Source: Hormiphora californensis
Taxonomy: Eukaryota > Animalia > Ctenophora
Direction: 5' to 3'
DNA: 64,000 bases
Assembly (NCBI GenBank): GCA_020137815.1
Contig: CM035353.1
Coordinates: 7,812,001 to 7,876,000 of the forward strand
Shown: positions 1 through 36,741 of the stretch, in pieces
Numbering within the stretch: the stretch's first letter is position 1
Layout of the letters: every line of letters begins with the position of its first letter
Program-made: the position numbers and the translations under genes
Notes under the pieces: generated by a model
The model's database searches: none
What the model was told of the DNA's origin: nothing
Seen by the model: only the letters and a program-made list of their open reading frames with translations

Positions 1-65
1 ATGTTTACGATAATTGTTCCTCTTTTCCATCCCTTTATCTCTTTATTTCCATATTCTCTCTTTAA

Positions 66-67
<2 letters not shown>

Positions 68-142
<75 letters not shown>
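68..142. repeat. (CT)n microsatellite
   Basis: Pure TC run. It produces the spurious SLSLSL ORF 1..270. Confidence 0.95.
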
Positions 143-144
<2 letters not shown>

Positions 145-862
145 AGAACGTTGGAAGGAACTCCTAAACCACTATCTGATCCACTCTCGGTAAACGACTT
201 GTACACACTTGTTTACACTCTAGTACTATTTATAGTCGCACTAGATGTGCAAACTGTTCCGAGAGAGTGAACGAATGTGCTGTGTGTGTGAACGAACTGT
301 GTATCCACTGTATCCTGAATAGTAGTTAACTGCACACACCCACACAGTACAGTGTGTGTGTTAGAGATATGATGCAATGTACACATGACATGTACACACA
401 GTAGTTATTGTTGTACATCATTTAATCACTTCCGCCTTCCCACACTACACTAATTTAATACACAGTCAATACCTATAATGGACTATTATAAAAATGGATG
501 GTCAGAAGTGAAATGAATGTGTTATTATGTATACTGTGTAGTGTGTACACTATACAAATTATACAAAATGTACATTGTATCAGTCCATTGCGGGTGTGAT
601 GTTAGCTATGTATTACACAGTGTGTATGTGAGATAAATAGTGGGCACACTGCCAACAATGTGATAACTGTGTGTGCCAGCCTTAACATTCTAGAATTCTT
701 CATTTATCACGTACCACCTTTAAACTACCTCTCTAGAATGCATATATATCCAACTCCCTCCTCACATGACTAAGTATTTAACTAATTAGCCTCTACTCGA
801 TTTAAAAGGACTTTTAAATCTCTCTACATTTCTCAAATCTCTCACTTTCTCCTCTCATTCAG

Positions 863-2548
863 ACAGCGGAAGGGCTAGGGTTCAATGTGATGGGAGGAAA
901 GGAGCAAGCATCGCCAATCTACATTTCCAGAATAATCCCTGGTGGAGCGGCCGCTAAGTAAGTCATTTGGGGGACCCCTCCTTTACACTGTTATCATGTG
1001 TTGTAACACTGTTATCTTTACAGGGATGGTAGTCTGAGAAGGGGTGACCAGCTGTTATCATGTGTTGTAACACTGTTATCTTTACAGGGATGGTAGTCTG
1101 AGAAGGGGTGACCAGCTGTTATCATTTGTTGTAACACTGTTATCTTTACAGGGATGGTAGTCTGAGAAGGGGTGACCAGCTGTTATCATGTGTTGTAACA
1201 GTTAACACTGTTATCTTTACAGGGATGGTAGTCTGAGAAGGGGTGACCAGCTGTTATCATTTGTTGTAACACTGTTATCTTTACAGGGATGGTAGTCTGA
1301 GAAGGGGTGACCAGCTGTTATCATTTGTTGTAACACTGTTATCTTTACAGGGATGGTAGTCTGAGAAGGGGTGACCAGCTGTTATCATGTGTTGTAACAG
1401 TTAACACTGTTATCTTTACAGGGATGGTAGTCTGAGAAGGGGTGACCAGCTGTTATCATTTGTTGTAACACTGTTATCTTTACAGGGATGGTAGTCTGAG
1501 AAGGGGTGACCAGCTGTTATCATGTGTTGTAACACTGTTATCTTTACAGGGATGGTAGTCTGAGAAGGGGTGACCAGCTGTTATCATGTGTTGTAACACT
1601 GTTATCTTTACAGGGATGGTAGTCTGAGAAGGGGTGACCAGCTGTTATCATGTGTTGTAACACTGTTATCTTTACAGGGATGGTAGTCTGAGAAGGGGTG
1701 ACCAGCTGTTATCATGTGTTGTAACACTGTTATCTTTACAGGGATGGTAGTCTGAGAAGGGGTGACCAGCTGTTATCATGTGTTGTAACACTGTTATCTT
1801 TACAGGGATGGTAGTCTGAGAAGGGGTGACCAGCTGTTATCATGTGTTGTAACACTGTTATCTTTACAGGGATGGTAGTCTGAGAAGGGGTGACCAGCTG
1901 TTATCATGTGTTGTAACACTGTTATCTTTACAGGGATGGTAGTCTGAGAAGGGGTGACCATCTGTTATCACATGTGTTGTAACACTGTTATCTTTACAGG
2001 GATGGTAGTCTGAGAAGGGGTGACCAGCTGTTATCATGTGTTGTAACACTGTTATCTTTACAGGGATGGTAGTCTGAGAAGGGGTGACCATCTGTTATCA
2101 CATGTGTTGTAACACTGTTATCTTTACAGGGATGGTAGTCTGAGAAGGGGTGACCAGCTGTTATCAGTTAACGGGCAGAGTGTAGAGAAATCATCTCACG
2201 AAACTGCTGTTGATCTACTGAAGAATGCACAAGGTAATTGCAGATTGGATTGAATTTATAATTCAGGTCACTTTTCTTTTCCTTACTTTTCCCTATCAGC
2301 TAGTAGTTAGCTATTTATCAGTCACATCGTAATTGCAGATACACGCACACAGACCTACTAAATAGTCCCCACATGTACAATTGTTATCTTGTTACACACA
2401 CCCTGTTAGTTCTTGTTAGTTATTAACAATGTGTGTATTAACAGGTAAGGTACGACTAGTTGTTAAGTATACACCCAAGATCCTGGAGGAGATGGAGGCA
2501 AGATTTGAGAGGCAACGAGCATCTAGAAGAGGCCGGGCTGTTAACTAG
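863..2548 (+). CDS. LIN7: LIN-7/Veli PDZ protein, last three exons (863-957, 2130-2233, 2445-2548); 5' part lies upstream of the window
   Basis: Spliced translation [32 protein letters not shown]|[34 protein letters not shown]|[34 protein letters not shown] matches the LIN7 PDZ domain and C-terminus. GT-AG introns with consistent phases. Confidence 0.93.
988..2166 (+). repeat. 64-bp tandem array of an intron 3' end plus exon start (18 splice acceptors)
   Basis: Unit CTGTTATCATGTGTTGTAACACTGTTATCTTTACAG|GGATGGTAGTCTGAGAAGGGGTGACCAG. Acceptor AGs end at 1023, 1087, 1151 ... 2063, 2129. Confidence 0.95.
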
Positions 2549-3141
2549 ATGGGTGTTTTATTAATGATCAGATAAGAAAAGACTGTTTTGAAAAGAAATG
2601 TGCGCTATATAGCGTTCATTATTTCTGTTTATATATCCAAATATATCATCATTTATTGTTTGTGTGTGGAGGGGTTGAAATCCAGAGAGAGAAGACTAAA
2701 ATCTCATATTCTTTACCCTAAATGTCATCCTGTTTGTTTGCAAGTTACAAAGTGGAACCTCGTTCTTGTACAGTTTATTTTCTGTGTATTTCCGTTTTTG
2801 AAATTTCCACTTTTAGGCTTTGGTATGGCACCAGAGCCCAGATAGCAGACCCCAAGGCCAAACCCCAGACATGACCGAAGGCCATGATCAAATTGTCACA
2901 TACAGATTCATGCCTGTGCGGCGCGCCCCTGACTGCGCATAATTCAGGGGCGCGCAGCTATTGAAAGTACACTCTTTCAGCATTTACCTCGACCTTGGTA
3001 CACTAACCGTGGGAATTTTCTGCAAACTTCCCCCAACTTGATTCCCCCACTTCCAAGTTCCAACTCTCAGTACAAATCTCCTTTCTTCTAAACCCCATCT
3101 CTAAACCCCATATATCTTGTAGTAGTAGTAAGAGACTAGCC

Positions 3142-5930
<2,789 letters not shown>

Positions 5931-6848
5931 AGGAACTGACAGTGGAAGAGTGTTATTAGGAACACAATGGGTGCTCAGTTTTTGTTGGCATGGTGCCATT
6001 ACAAAATGTTAACACAGCGGGTCTGAGGACTGAGAGAAATCGTATTTGTATTTGTGTGAGAGAGAGGGGTTAGTTTATTGAGCTTTGTAAATTGCATTGT
6101 TATGATGCTCATATACTATAAAATATTGTCCAATTGTTAAACAAATTTGTTTTATTTTAGTTGTATCTATTATAGTTATTAGCGAAAGACCCTACTCGCT
6201 AAAAAGCAAAACGTTCCGTACTGAGCAGAAATACTTCCTTCTACGCCGCGTGTTCACCTAGCGCGTGAAAAAGAAGCGCGCACTGCCTTTGAATTTACTA
6301 TATAAATTCCAAAGTAAAAACAACCACGCCAAAAAATTAAGCGAATTTTGAAAAGTGGTGCGGAGTGCTTTATCCCAGTCTGTAGCATATGCCAATTTGT
6401 TTGGTTAATTCTCCAAGTGTGATGGTGGCTAGGGGAGTTCCTGCAATCTATACGCAGAGGAAATATCGTATTATGAAGTATTTTAACTTCGGAATTTCAA
6501 GTTTTGCTTGCTGAATGTTCACAACTCAAAGGCATTCTTTAGGGGTAACTGTCAACTGAATATATAGATAGTGCCCAGGATTGCCAAAGAAACGTTAAGT
6601 GCCTTAATTTGTTAATTGCGTTATTTCTTTGTCGACACTACAGTCTACACTTGCGCATCTGAATTATCGCAGATGGCGAGCCGTTCTGTCGAGATAGATC
6701 TTTCGGACTTATATCTGCACATAACTTGGGTGACCAGTGTAGACTGTAGCGAATGTGTACTATAACACTGCCATTCATTGGCACGCATATAGAGAACTAA
6801 CAATGCATCTTTCTTCCACTAATAATAATATTCCTCTTTGTAGGACAA

Positions 6849-25602
<18,754 letters not shown>

Positions 25603-26692
25603 GATGTGTATCCTTCTCCCCCTCTCTAAAATACTGCTGATTTCGGACAATAACAGCGCCGTGTATTAGACTCTTCAACCCCCCTGTTAAACAATGTACT
25701 CAGCTGGATTTTAATAACTTGTCAGGTATCATGGGGGCCGGCCGAACAAATTCCCTTCAATTTTTTTCATTTATTTGACTCCTTGTCAAAAGTTTTAGAC
25801 CTTTTATCCAAGTATCTTCAGCCGGTCCCCTCCCCTGGCAACTGTTAGTTGTACCAATTTTGGTAGTAGTTTCTTATCGAGCTGTTAACTACTATACGTT
25901 GGTATTCAGACTTTCTCTGTACAGATGTATCTCAGTGACAAAGCAACATTCTGTTGTTAGAAGGAAAGGAACTATATGTGTGTCTAATGTCTATTTAGTT
26001 TTTATCTATTAAAATAATCTCTACCCAGTATACTTATCTACCTTTCAGAGTATTTTAATATGCATTGAGGTTCACATGTCACACCCAAATACTGATTACA
26101 GTACATTTTAAATACTATGGTTCACACTGAATTTGAGATAAAATCTACTTACCTTTTTTATTGAAAGATTAGTATTAGCATGTTAATTGCGAGTGGTTTA
26201 ATTCTTTTTTATTTGTAAAAGTGAAGAACTTGTAGACTATCGTTTGGAGAGATGTACCCCGCACTGCTGCAGTTTCTCTCCAAACTTGCAATGTGATTGT
26301 TTGCTTTTGTCAAATTTACACAAATAGTTATATTGTTTAAATGAAGTGTGTTTGCTTTGTTAATTAAGCAATTAGGGGTGCAGTAACCGGTCCCTAATAC
26401 ACAATGCTACAATCCCTAGAGAGCTTGTCAGCGCCGCCCGGCACACTATCAGTGCGCGGCACTCTGCGCGCCATTATCAACACATGATTGTCACAGCGCC
26501 CTCCAACCTCGCTCTTCTGTGGAACTTTCCGGAGAAATTGGGACACGTAGGTTGTTAGACAGGGAGTTCAGTGGTTTTATAGACTAGGATACAACAATTC
26601 AAAAACACGTCAGATTTCCGGGGGATTTAAAACTTTCCAATAAAATTAAACACTTAACACAATTACACTTCCAATATCTAGTGTCTCTGCAG

Positions 26693-29037
<2,345 letters not shown>

Positions 29038-31542
29038 CCTGACCTGAACATAATGGGGTAATGGGGCAGATAATTTGATGTTAGTTTAGCATACTGTAAA
29101 GTATGATTAGTTACAGATTTAAATAACGCGTTAGTAATCGTTTAGTAATCAATGAGTCAAATTACAATTAGAGATATGCTTCTTCAAATAACTAATAAGT
29201 AGGTCAAAGGAGGTCGTGCAACATTGAATGAACACTGATAGCAATATATGCGCTACCTGCAACAGGAGGTTCCTTATCAATTCGCTCCTACTAGCACGAG
29301 CTATACATTGCATACTACAAGGAGTTTTAGAAGTAATGGAATAGACAAGAGGAGGAAGGAGATAGGAAGACCATTGTTATACGAAACAGTGGGACGGAAG
29401 GAATAAAGAAGTATACCGCTGTATAGTACATATAGAAAATAAAATTAAATAATTTACAATTCATGCTTTAAAAAAACTAAATAAAAGTTAACGTAGCTTT
29501 ACAACAGGACTCCCACAACTAGCAGTATATAGTGTTATCCCAACCACATAACACACGGAGTATATAATTGCACGGAGCCTCATGATTCAATGTCGCTGCA
29601 CACACTCACACGCCCCCACACACACGGATGTCTGTAGAGAGATCACGTGACATGGTCACGTGGCATTCAAACCAGGGGAGAGAGCTGTCTAAACAAGGGC
29701 TTTCAGTATCATGTTTTATAGAGGGAATCCAAAAAGGAAAACTGTTACCATTTTCTATAATCCCTGAAAATTAACTAACATTTTAACCCAGTATTGATAC
29801 TGGTTGTCAAAAATTGCTCACACAAACTGATTTTCGTTAATTTAAGTCACGTCAATTAAAGGTACGCAGAATAAAAGGTTCCGTTAAATACCGGTAATAA
29901 GGTAGCTTGAAGGAAGATAAAGAGTCCCAGCTGTCGTGAGTGCTTCATTTCTATTTTCTCCCCTAGCAGGATCCTAAGGGACAGATTGAGACCCTGAAAT
30001 CAGGGTATGCGTTCCCGCGCATCAGCCCACTGCCCGCTGCTGACACTGCGTGTCACGCAACTCTCCATGCAGTTTACATGGAAATCTGTGTCGTGCCATC
30101 AAAGATACAATGCTGAGCATGGTTCACACCGACCAAAACTGCAACTGGACCGTAAGCCATAGAGTGTTCTACTGACTGACTGACTCTCTCTACTACGCTA
30201 CTGTGAATCGGGGGAGGGGGGGGGGGGTAGATATAGAATCGTTCAGGGGCCCTGATCGTCAAAGCATCTATCTACCCATTAATTAACCTTCAAACTAATG
30301 ATCTCTCTTCTTCTTATTTCTTCTCTTCTCCCTCATTGTTGTACCACAAAAACAGCTGTTTTTCTCGTTTACAGTATTTAGTTTCTTATAATCTAGTTTT
30401 CTACCGCCAAGTGTACCAACAGCAGCAGCAGCAGTTAAAGAAAACAGTCATTCAGTTTGTCTTTGCTCCTAGACGATTCATTCTATTTGTGGCATCAGCT
30501 GATCCACTATGTATGTTTGTCGGTAGTCATGTATGTTTGTCAGTTAGTCAATATCTGAATGTGAGTTTGCTATTTGCTTTCGGCTTGTTTGTCTGTTGTG
30601 TTAATAAACCTGAGTTTATTCATTGTTTCACCGCTACAGTATTGTTAGACACTGCAGTCTGAACTATTTTGTATTGACCGGATTAGAATGCATTGTTCCC
30701 GGAGGAGAAGAAAGGCTGATTATTCTGAAAGAGAAACTTCACACGGGTGTGGTTTGGTCTAGTATGCCGCATATACTGAGTTAGACAATAGCTGCGTTTG
30801 TCTGACAATCATGGTAGTCCGCAGCTAACCAATTAGATGCTCCAGAAGATCTACCGATAATTGGAGACAATGGAGAGCTACAGCTACGCCCTGGAGTGGA
30901 TATGGAACACGTGCGAAGAGTAGGAGGAGAAGACGGGTGTGGTCAGCTGGAGACACTAGAGTGAGTTCGGCCCTGAGAGTTCTGATGTTGCAGTTCCTGA
31001 GTTCTGCTTTGAGAGACACTGAGAGAGTTCCTGAGAGAGACCGAGAGTTTGGAGTTGAGTAGAGACACTAGAGTGAGTTCTGTACGGAGACAGTTCTACT
31101 GAGAGAGTTCATTTCTGTTGGGTCAGTTCCTGTGATCTGAAGCATAGCCTGAGCTTTAGTCTGAGATCCAGCCTTAGTCTAGCAATGTGGCTTACTAAGA
31201 CGCAGGCGACTAAATGAGTCCCGAGACTCTGCATAGAGAGCCCCGCATTTGAGAGATGAATTCTGTACGAGATTGAGTAGAGTAGAGAGAGAGAGAGAAA
31301 TAGTGTGGCTGCATTTATGAGTATTTTATTGTTTCGGTTTAGTTTTAGTTTTGGCTCGGAATCGGTTGTATCATTTTGTCTGTGTCAGAAACAGCAATCC
31401 ACCGTTCTTGTGCGGTTGTTGATAGTCAGTCAGTGCAGAAAGGACTACTGCAACACGCACATATTGATATGATCATATTTAACCTCAGCTATAAGTAGCT
31501 CATAATTTATCTTATAAGCTAACTAAACTATCTGAATTAGAA

Positions 31543-32334
31543 ATGTTGTTGCTTCAACTCTCTTGGCTCGCTATCGGAACGGCTGGTATCATAGGCAATT
31601 CCCTGTCACTTTGGTACAACTGGAAACTAAAGGGGTTCCCAAGGCAACTCTACACCGTGTTGAACATTATAGATCTCATTGTCAGTACTCTTGGAATCAT
31701 CTACAGCACTCGATTAATCTCACCTTATTGGGAGTTCTTACTGTCTCACCACCACGCGACTGCAAACCAGATGTCTGCACTGTGGACCTGCATCATTGGA
31801 GGGTCTCGACTTTTAGCCATGTCTCGACCCTTCTATCAGATCAACAGACCGGTATTTTGGACTATTTCTAGTGTGTTAATGTGCATCTGGACAATCCCAC
31901 AACTTGTTGTTATATATCTTGTTTATAGAATCGAAGGCAACATATTCATTATCAGCGTGTACATATACACTGCCTGCACAAGTTGGGCTGTCCTGGTCAA
32001 CCTTGTAACAACAGTTTGGACTTGTATCCTGCTGAACAGAAAGTCTGTAGTATCGGAGGGGTCACACCAACAACGAAGGATTGCTGCCGTTACAGTTGTT
32101 TTATTGAGTATCGTGTTCCTGCTAACCAATGTTGCCTGTTTGGTAACGTTTTGCTCTATGATATTTGGTAATAGCGATGTGCAGCCTTATGCTTCACAAG
32201 TATTTGGGATATTGATAATGATTAATGCGGCATTAAACCCAGTGATTATTCTACGGAGGCAATTGATGAGCTGCTGCAGGGGTCAACAGAAGTCAACTGT
32301 TGAGCCAACCAATACTACACAGAAAAATGTGTAA
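31543..32334 (+). CDS. Intronless rhodopsin-class (class A) GPCR, 263 aa
   Basis: Hydrophobic segments arranged like a 7TM receptor: TM1 GIIGN, TM2 LNIIDL, DRY-equivalent SRLLAMSRPFY, TM7 NAALNPVI. Confidence 0.82.
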   Translation: MLLLQLSWLAIGTAGIIGNSLSLWYNWKLKGFPRQLYTVLNIIDLIVSTLGIIYSTRLISPYWEFLLSHHHATANQMSALWTCIIGGSRLLAMSRPFYQINRPVFWTISSVLMCIWTIPQLVVIYLVYRIEGNIFIISVYIYTACTSWAVLVNLVTTVWTCILLNRKSVVSEGSHQQRRIAAVTVVLLSIVFLLTNVACLVTFCSMIFGNSDVQPYASQVFGILIMINAALNPVIILRRQLMSCCRGQQKSTVEPTNTTQKNV

Positions 32335-32554
32335 TGGAACTCATCTCTGAATGTGAAGCACTCCTGTGAGGCGAGTGGTGATAAGAAATGAAGAAGGAAC
32401 ACACGTCACACAGCGCTCAAATTTAATTTATGAGAAATATGATATGTAACATTGTATGTGAAAACACTTAATTAGTAAGCTGGAGCCTATATTCCGTATT
32501 ACTGGGTTCGATTATTCATAAAACATCGACTGCATCCTAGCCCGCTACTGCTAC

Positions 32555-33560
32555 TAAATTGCAGTGACAGCACTGGGCATGCAGCCCAGCAAGTCCCTGG
32601 GTGTCCGGGGCCAGGTGCGAAATCACCGGTCATGGGGTGACCCCCCCCCACGCAGGTCCAGGGGTAGAGCCCCCGCAAGCAGGGACCCTACTTCATCTCA
32701 ATGGGGCTTTAAGGCTATAAGACGCGGTAATTTACAGCCCCTAGACTGGCTGCCACTGCTTAGAGCCTTAAACCCAGTGAGGTGATACCCTAGTGGGAAG
32801 GACGCTGTAAAAACAAGTTTTTGGTCCAGACCCTTCTCATTCGCTACAGCGCGACTCTTTAGTCTTTTCAACCGAGCAGGGACGTCATTGGGCCTGCGGC
32901 CCAGTGCGTCCAGGGGCCTTTGACGGTCGCCAGGGAGAGTGGGGGTGAAACTCCCCACAAGCGGGGTCCAGGGGCGCAGCCCCGGCGGGGGTGTAGGGGC
33001 AGAGCCCCCGCAAGCAGGGTCCGGCTGAACCGTTGGCAAACGCTGCTGGCGCGGGATAAGGCAACGCTTTTCAAGCTGAACCGAGACCCGAGCAGATTTT
33101 GAGTTTTCATTGGCAAACGTTGCTGGCCCCCGATAGCGCAGCGCGGGATAAGGCAGCGCTTTTCAAGAGTTTTCAAAAATCAAAAGTCAAAACGAAAAAA
33201 ACGCTTGAGCAAAATAAAATTTTGCAAATTTAAAATCAGAGACTGACCGCGCGCGTAGGACGACTGCAGCGCATAATAAATAGTGACGCCGCGCGCTATA
33301 TGTTAAATCATTTTTTAAAGTGCGTTTCAAACGACTTGACCTGAGATTCCTGGAAATTCAGGATTTCCCCTTTGTAAATACACGCGCGATGCGCCGGCCG
33401 CCGAATTCTAAGAATTACGGGTCAAGTCGCTTGAAACGGACTTTATAATCCGGGCAAAGTTAAAATCGGCCAGCGTCGTTGAAAAGCGCTGCCTTATCCC
33501 GCGCTGCGTTTGCCAACCAGCGTCGTTAAAATTCGGGTGTTTGGAGTGTCAGCACTCACG
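32555..33560. repeat. GC-rich interspersed repeat / probable DNA-transposon remnant
   Basis: Recurrent GGGGYAGAGCCCCCGCAAGCAGGG motif (near 32660 and 32996). GCGCGGGATAAGGCAGCGCTTTTCAA occurs with an inverted copy near 33480. No credible ORF. Confidence 0.45.
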
Positions 33561-34020
33561 GTTTTAGGGTTTGGGCTAAAGTAGGGTTAGGGTTATGGCT
33601 GGGGTTTGTGTTGGGGTTAGGGCTTGACATTTTCTATCAGATAAACTTTAGATTAGCCAAAACAGTTGAGTGGTTTGGCAGTTAGAGTCATTTTAGTCCA
33701 GGGTACTTTTTTGGCAGCGCACACCTGTAAACAGGCCTCCAAACACCCAGATCGAGGTAACGGCGCCCAAATCTGGGTGCCTAACAATTCATCGATTTTG
33801 GCGGTCGAGACGGGTTGGGGCTACCCCGTACCCGTTAGGCTCTGGTTAGGGTTTTGTTTGGGGTTAAGGTTATCGGTTAGTGCTATCGATTATCCATTAG
33901 ATAATACGTTTAGTTTACTGAAATTTGCCATTTGGTTGCTTGGCTATAGCTGTTTGAAAAAAGTTGGTCCATTTTCTATTATCCGATATCAAATTCAAAT
34001 TAACAAACCAAAGTAGGAAA

Positions 34021-34779
34021 ATGCCTTGGAATGAGATACATCTTTCTGAGGGTTGTGAACAGCCCAGTATTGACAGTGGGGCCCTCCAACTATACGCCAT
34101 GAGGCTCTGCCCCTTTGCTGAGCGTGCAATACTGGTTCTCCTCCACAAACAACTTCCCTTCACCCTCACCTTTATCAACCTAAAGAGCAAGCCCTCCTGG
34201 TTCCTGGACAACACAAATGGGAAAGTGCCTGTGTTGCTGACAAAGGGGCACACCATACATGGATCTGATATTGTTAGTGACTATCTGGATGAGGTATATG
34301 GGGCAGACAAACTGCACCCTACTGATCCAATACAGAGAGCACTAGATAGGGAGGTGGTAGATAACCATGGGGCAATGATGTCTAACCTGTACCAGATATA
34401 CGGGGAGATTGCTGGTAAAACCAATGAGGAAAGGCTGGATAACTTCACCAATCTTCTTAGAATTGTTGGAGGTTTGGAAAAAGAGTTGAAGAAACGGAGT
34501 TCCTTGTTTCTGGGCGGGGATAAACCTTGTATGTCGGATTTCATGATTTGGCCATTTTATGAGCGCCTCCAGGCTCTCCCCAACATTCGACCTGATATTG
34601 GAACTAAGTTAGAGCTGCCCCAGGATCTAGTGAGGGTGAAGCAATGGCTGGGAGGTATGAGGAATACTGGACCTGTAATGCAGTACGGGCTGTCTCCTGC
34701 TCGACTTGCTAAGGCACTAACTGTGAGCAATGCTACAGGAGATACTGATAGGGCAATGCGGGAATCGGAGGGCCTTTAA
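34021..34779 (+). CDS. Glutathione S-transferase omega class, intronless
   Basis: LYAMRLCPFAERA active-site motif, GKVPVL, and DFMIWPFYERL in the C-terminal domain. Confidence 0.9.
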   Translation: MPWNEIHLSEGCEQPSIDSGALQLYAMRLCPFAERAILVLLHKQLPFTLTFINLKSKPSWFLDNTNGKVPVLLTKGHTIHGSDIVSDYLDEVYGADKLHPTDPIQRALDREVVDNHGAMMSNLYQIYGEIAGKTNEERLDNFTNLLRIVGGLEKELKKRSSLFLGGDKPCMSDFMIWPFYERLQALPNIRPDIGTKLELPQDLVRVKQWLGGMRNTGPVMQYGLSPARLAKALTVSNATGDTDRAMRESEGL

Positions 34780-35092
34780 CTGCGCTATTATGTGTGGTGT
34801 GCGTCCTATTGTAATATAGCATTGCATGAATATTTTATGAAACATGTTTATTGTATAATAGTTTTGGTTGAAAGATTAATTATTAGCTAACATTTATTTA
34901 TTTTACTCCGTAGTCATGTATTGATTATTATTCATATAGACATTGATTATGTAGAAATATAGAAATGAATTGTATTTTGATTGATGATTTTAATTGCATG
35001 TTTATTCCATATATATACAAGTTGGTTTTAATGTGTGCACTGCATATATCCACCATCAAGAGACTAACCCCCTCCCTGTATTTAGAGACGCC

Positions 35093-36376
35093 ATGTCGAT
35101 GAAAGAAGGGTATCTAGTGGCGGGTATAATCCTCTCATTCCCCATCGCCTTCCTGTACCGAGTCCTAATACCCCGCACAACCCCCGCTACAAAGGATCTC
35201 CTACTGACCCTCTCTGGACTGGCCCTAACCCTGCTGTGTTTCGATCTCACTGGCCTAGCCCACCTGTCTGTCATGGTGCTTGGTTCCTACCTGCTAACAC
35301 GTGTATGTGGTGTTAACCCCACTTCATGTCTAGTTATCTTTCTCTCCACCATGTGTCACCTTCTGTATGGGTATATCACCCTCTCAGGTGTCACCTACAC
35401 TATCACCTGGACCTTAGTGTACTGTCAGGCCCTACTAAAGGTTAACTCCTACTTCATGGATATACTGGATAATAAGGGAGGGGAGGTGGCGGCTGGGTTC
35501 ATGTCATATCTTGGTTTTGTGCTCTACCCAACGTCCCTTCTTGTAGGACCCCACTTCAACTTCACCCGGTATGCCCAAATAAGGTCATGTGCTACCATCC
35601 CTGACACCCTCCCTGCAGCTGGCAAGAAGTTTCTCCTGGGTATCTGCTACATTGGTGGGTTCTATTGTACCAAGCTTCTCTTTATCCCTGATGATGTGTT
35701 ACTATCAGCTGAGTTTGTTAGCTACTCCCTGCCCATCAAGCTACTTTACCTGACGTTCTGGTCCAAGTGGTTGATATCCAAATATATTGGTGTCTGGGCG
35801 ATAGCAGAGGCATGTTCCCTGATCACGGGACTAGGGGTTGAGAGGGATGGTGAGGGTCGGGTTGTGGGGTATAACGGTGTATCCAGTGTTCACGTTTGGA
35901 AGTTTGAGACATCCCTGACAATCCAGGACGAGCTGACATCATGGAACGTCCAGGTACACAGATGGGTCAAACAGTATGTGTACAAGAGGTGCAAGTGTCT
36001 AGGTAACCCTGGTATATCACGTATTATAGCACTGGGCTTCCTCTACTTTTGGCATGGTGTCTACTTCGGGTTCGCTAACCTCTTTCTGGTAGAGGGGCTG
36101 GGTGTGTCGAGCGAGGAGGCGATCAGTAGGTATATGTCACGTGATAGGATGTCCCGGTACATACCCCGCCCTGTTGTGGTAGTGGGGCAGTATGTTGTTA
36201 AGAATATGTGTATTGGGTATGGGTTGTGTGGGTTCTATCTCCGATCTTGGGAGAGATGTCATGAGTTTTACAGCTCTGTCTATTACTGCTTTCACTGGGG
36301 TCTGGTGTTACTGTTGGTTGTGGAGGCTGTGGTGAGGAGGAGGGCAGGCAGGAACAGGGGCAAGAAGGAGGAGTAA
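35093..36376 (+). CDS. MBOAT lysophospholipid acyltransferase (LPCAT3/MBOAT5-like), intronless
   Basis: Multi-pass membrane protein with LVGP, SWNVQVHRWVKQYVYKR and the FWHG catalytic His motif. Confidence 0.88.
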   Translation: MSMKEGYLVAGIILSFPIAFLYRVLIPRTTPATKDLLLTLSGLALTLLCFDLTGLAHLSVMVLGSYLLTRVCGVNPTSCLVIFLSTMCHLLYGYITLSGVTYTITWTLVYCQALLKVNSYFMDILDNKGGEVAAGFMSYLGFVLYPTSLLVGPHFNFTRYAQIRSCATIPDTLPAAGKKFLLGICYIGGFYCTKLLFIPDDVLLSAEFVSYSLPIKLLYLTFWSKWLISKYIGVWAIAEACSLITGLGVERDGEGRVVGYNGVSSVHVWKFETSLTIQDELTSWNVQVHRWVKQYVYKRCKCLGNPGISRIIALGFLYFWHGVYFGFANLFLVEGLGVSSEEAISRYMSRDRMSRYIPRPVVVVGQYVVKNMCIGYGLCGFYLRSWERCHEFYSSVYYCFHWGLVLLLVVEAVVRRRAGRNRGKKEE

Positions 36377-36741
36377 AGAAGTGAGTCGAGGGAAGGAGGA
36401 GCAAAGACTAAAGAAGACCGGAGACTGGAGCGGTGTGGTAGAAGTGACATTTGTATTTCAAGACAATAGTTGTATTATTTTACTCTCATGTTTTCTATGT
36501 TTTGTTAATTGTTAGGACGTTACAGAGGATAGAGCCATGTAGAAAACTAAGAATGTATGGTGCATGTACAATTGTTAGCCAGTATTATAGTAACCTATCG
36601 AATGTTTTTGTCAGTGTTTTTAGAGTTTACCATATATATTTTTGTATTTTGCATGACTTATAAGCTGTTTACCATCACTTACTAAAGCGTGTTTCACTGC
36701 ATTGTCTGTATCCCCAACACCTTGCAACACCCCACAGCAAT

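Noticed and set aside
30300-31450. Possible LTR or other TE remnant with GAGAGTTC repeats upstream of the GPCR
   Set aside because: No paired termini, TSD or coding remnant could be established.
33560-33880. TTAGGG-like tracts suggesting a telomere
   Set aside because: Short, degenerate and interstitial; more likely part of a dispersed repeat.
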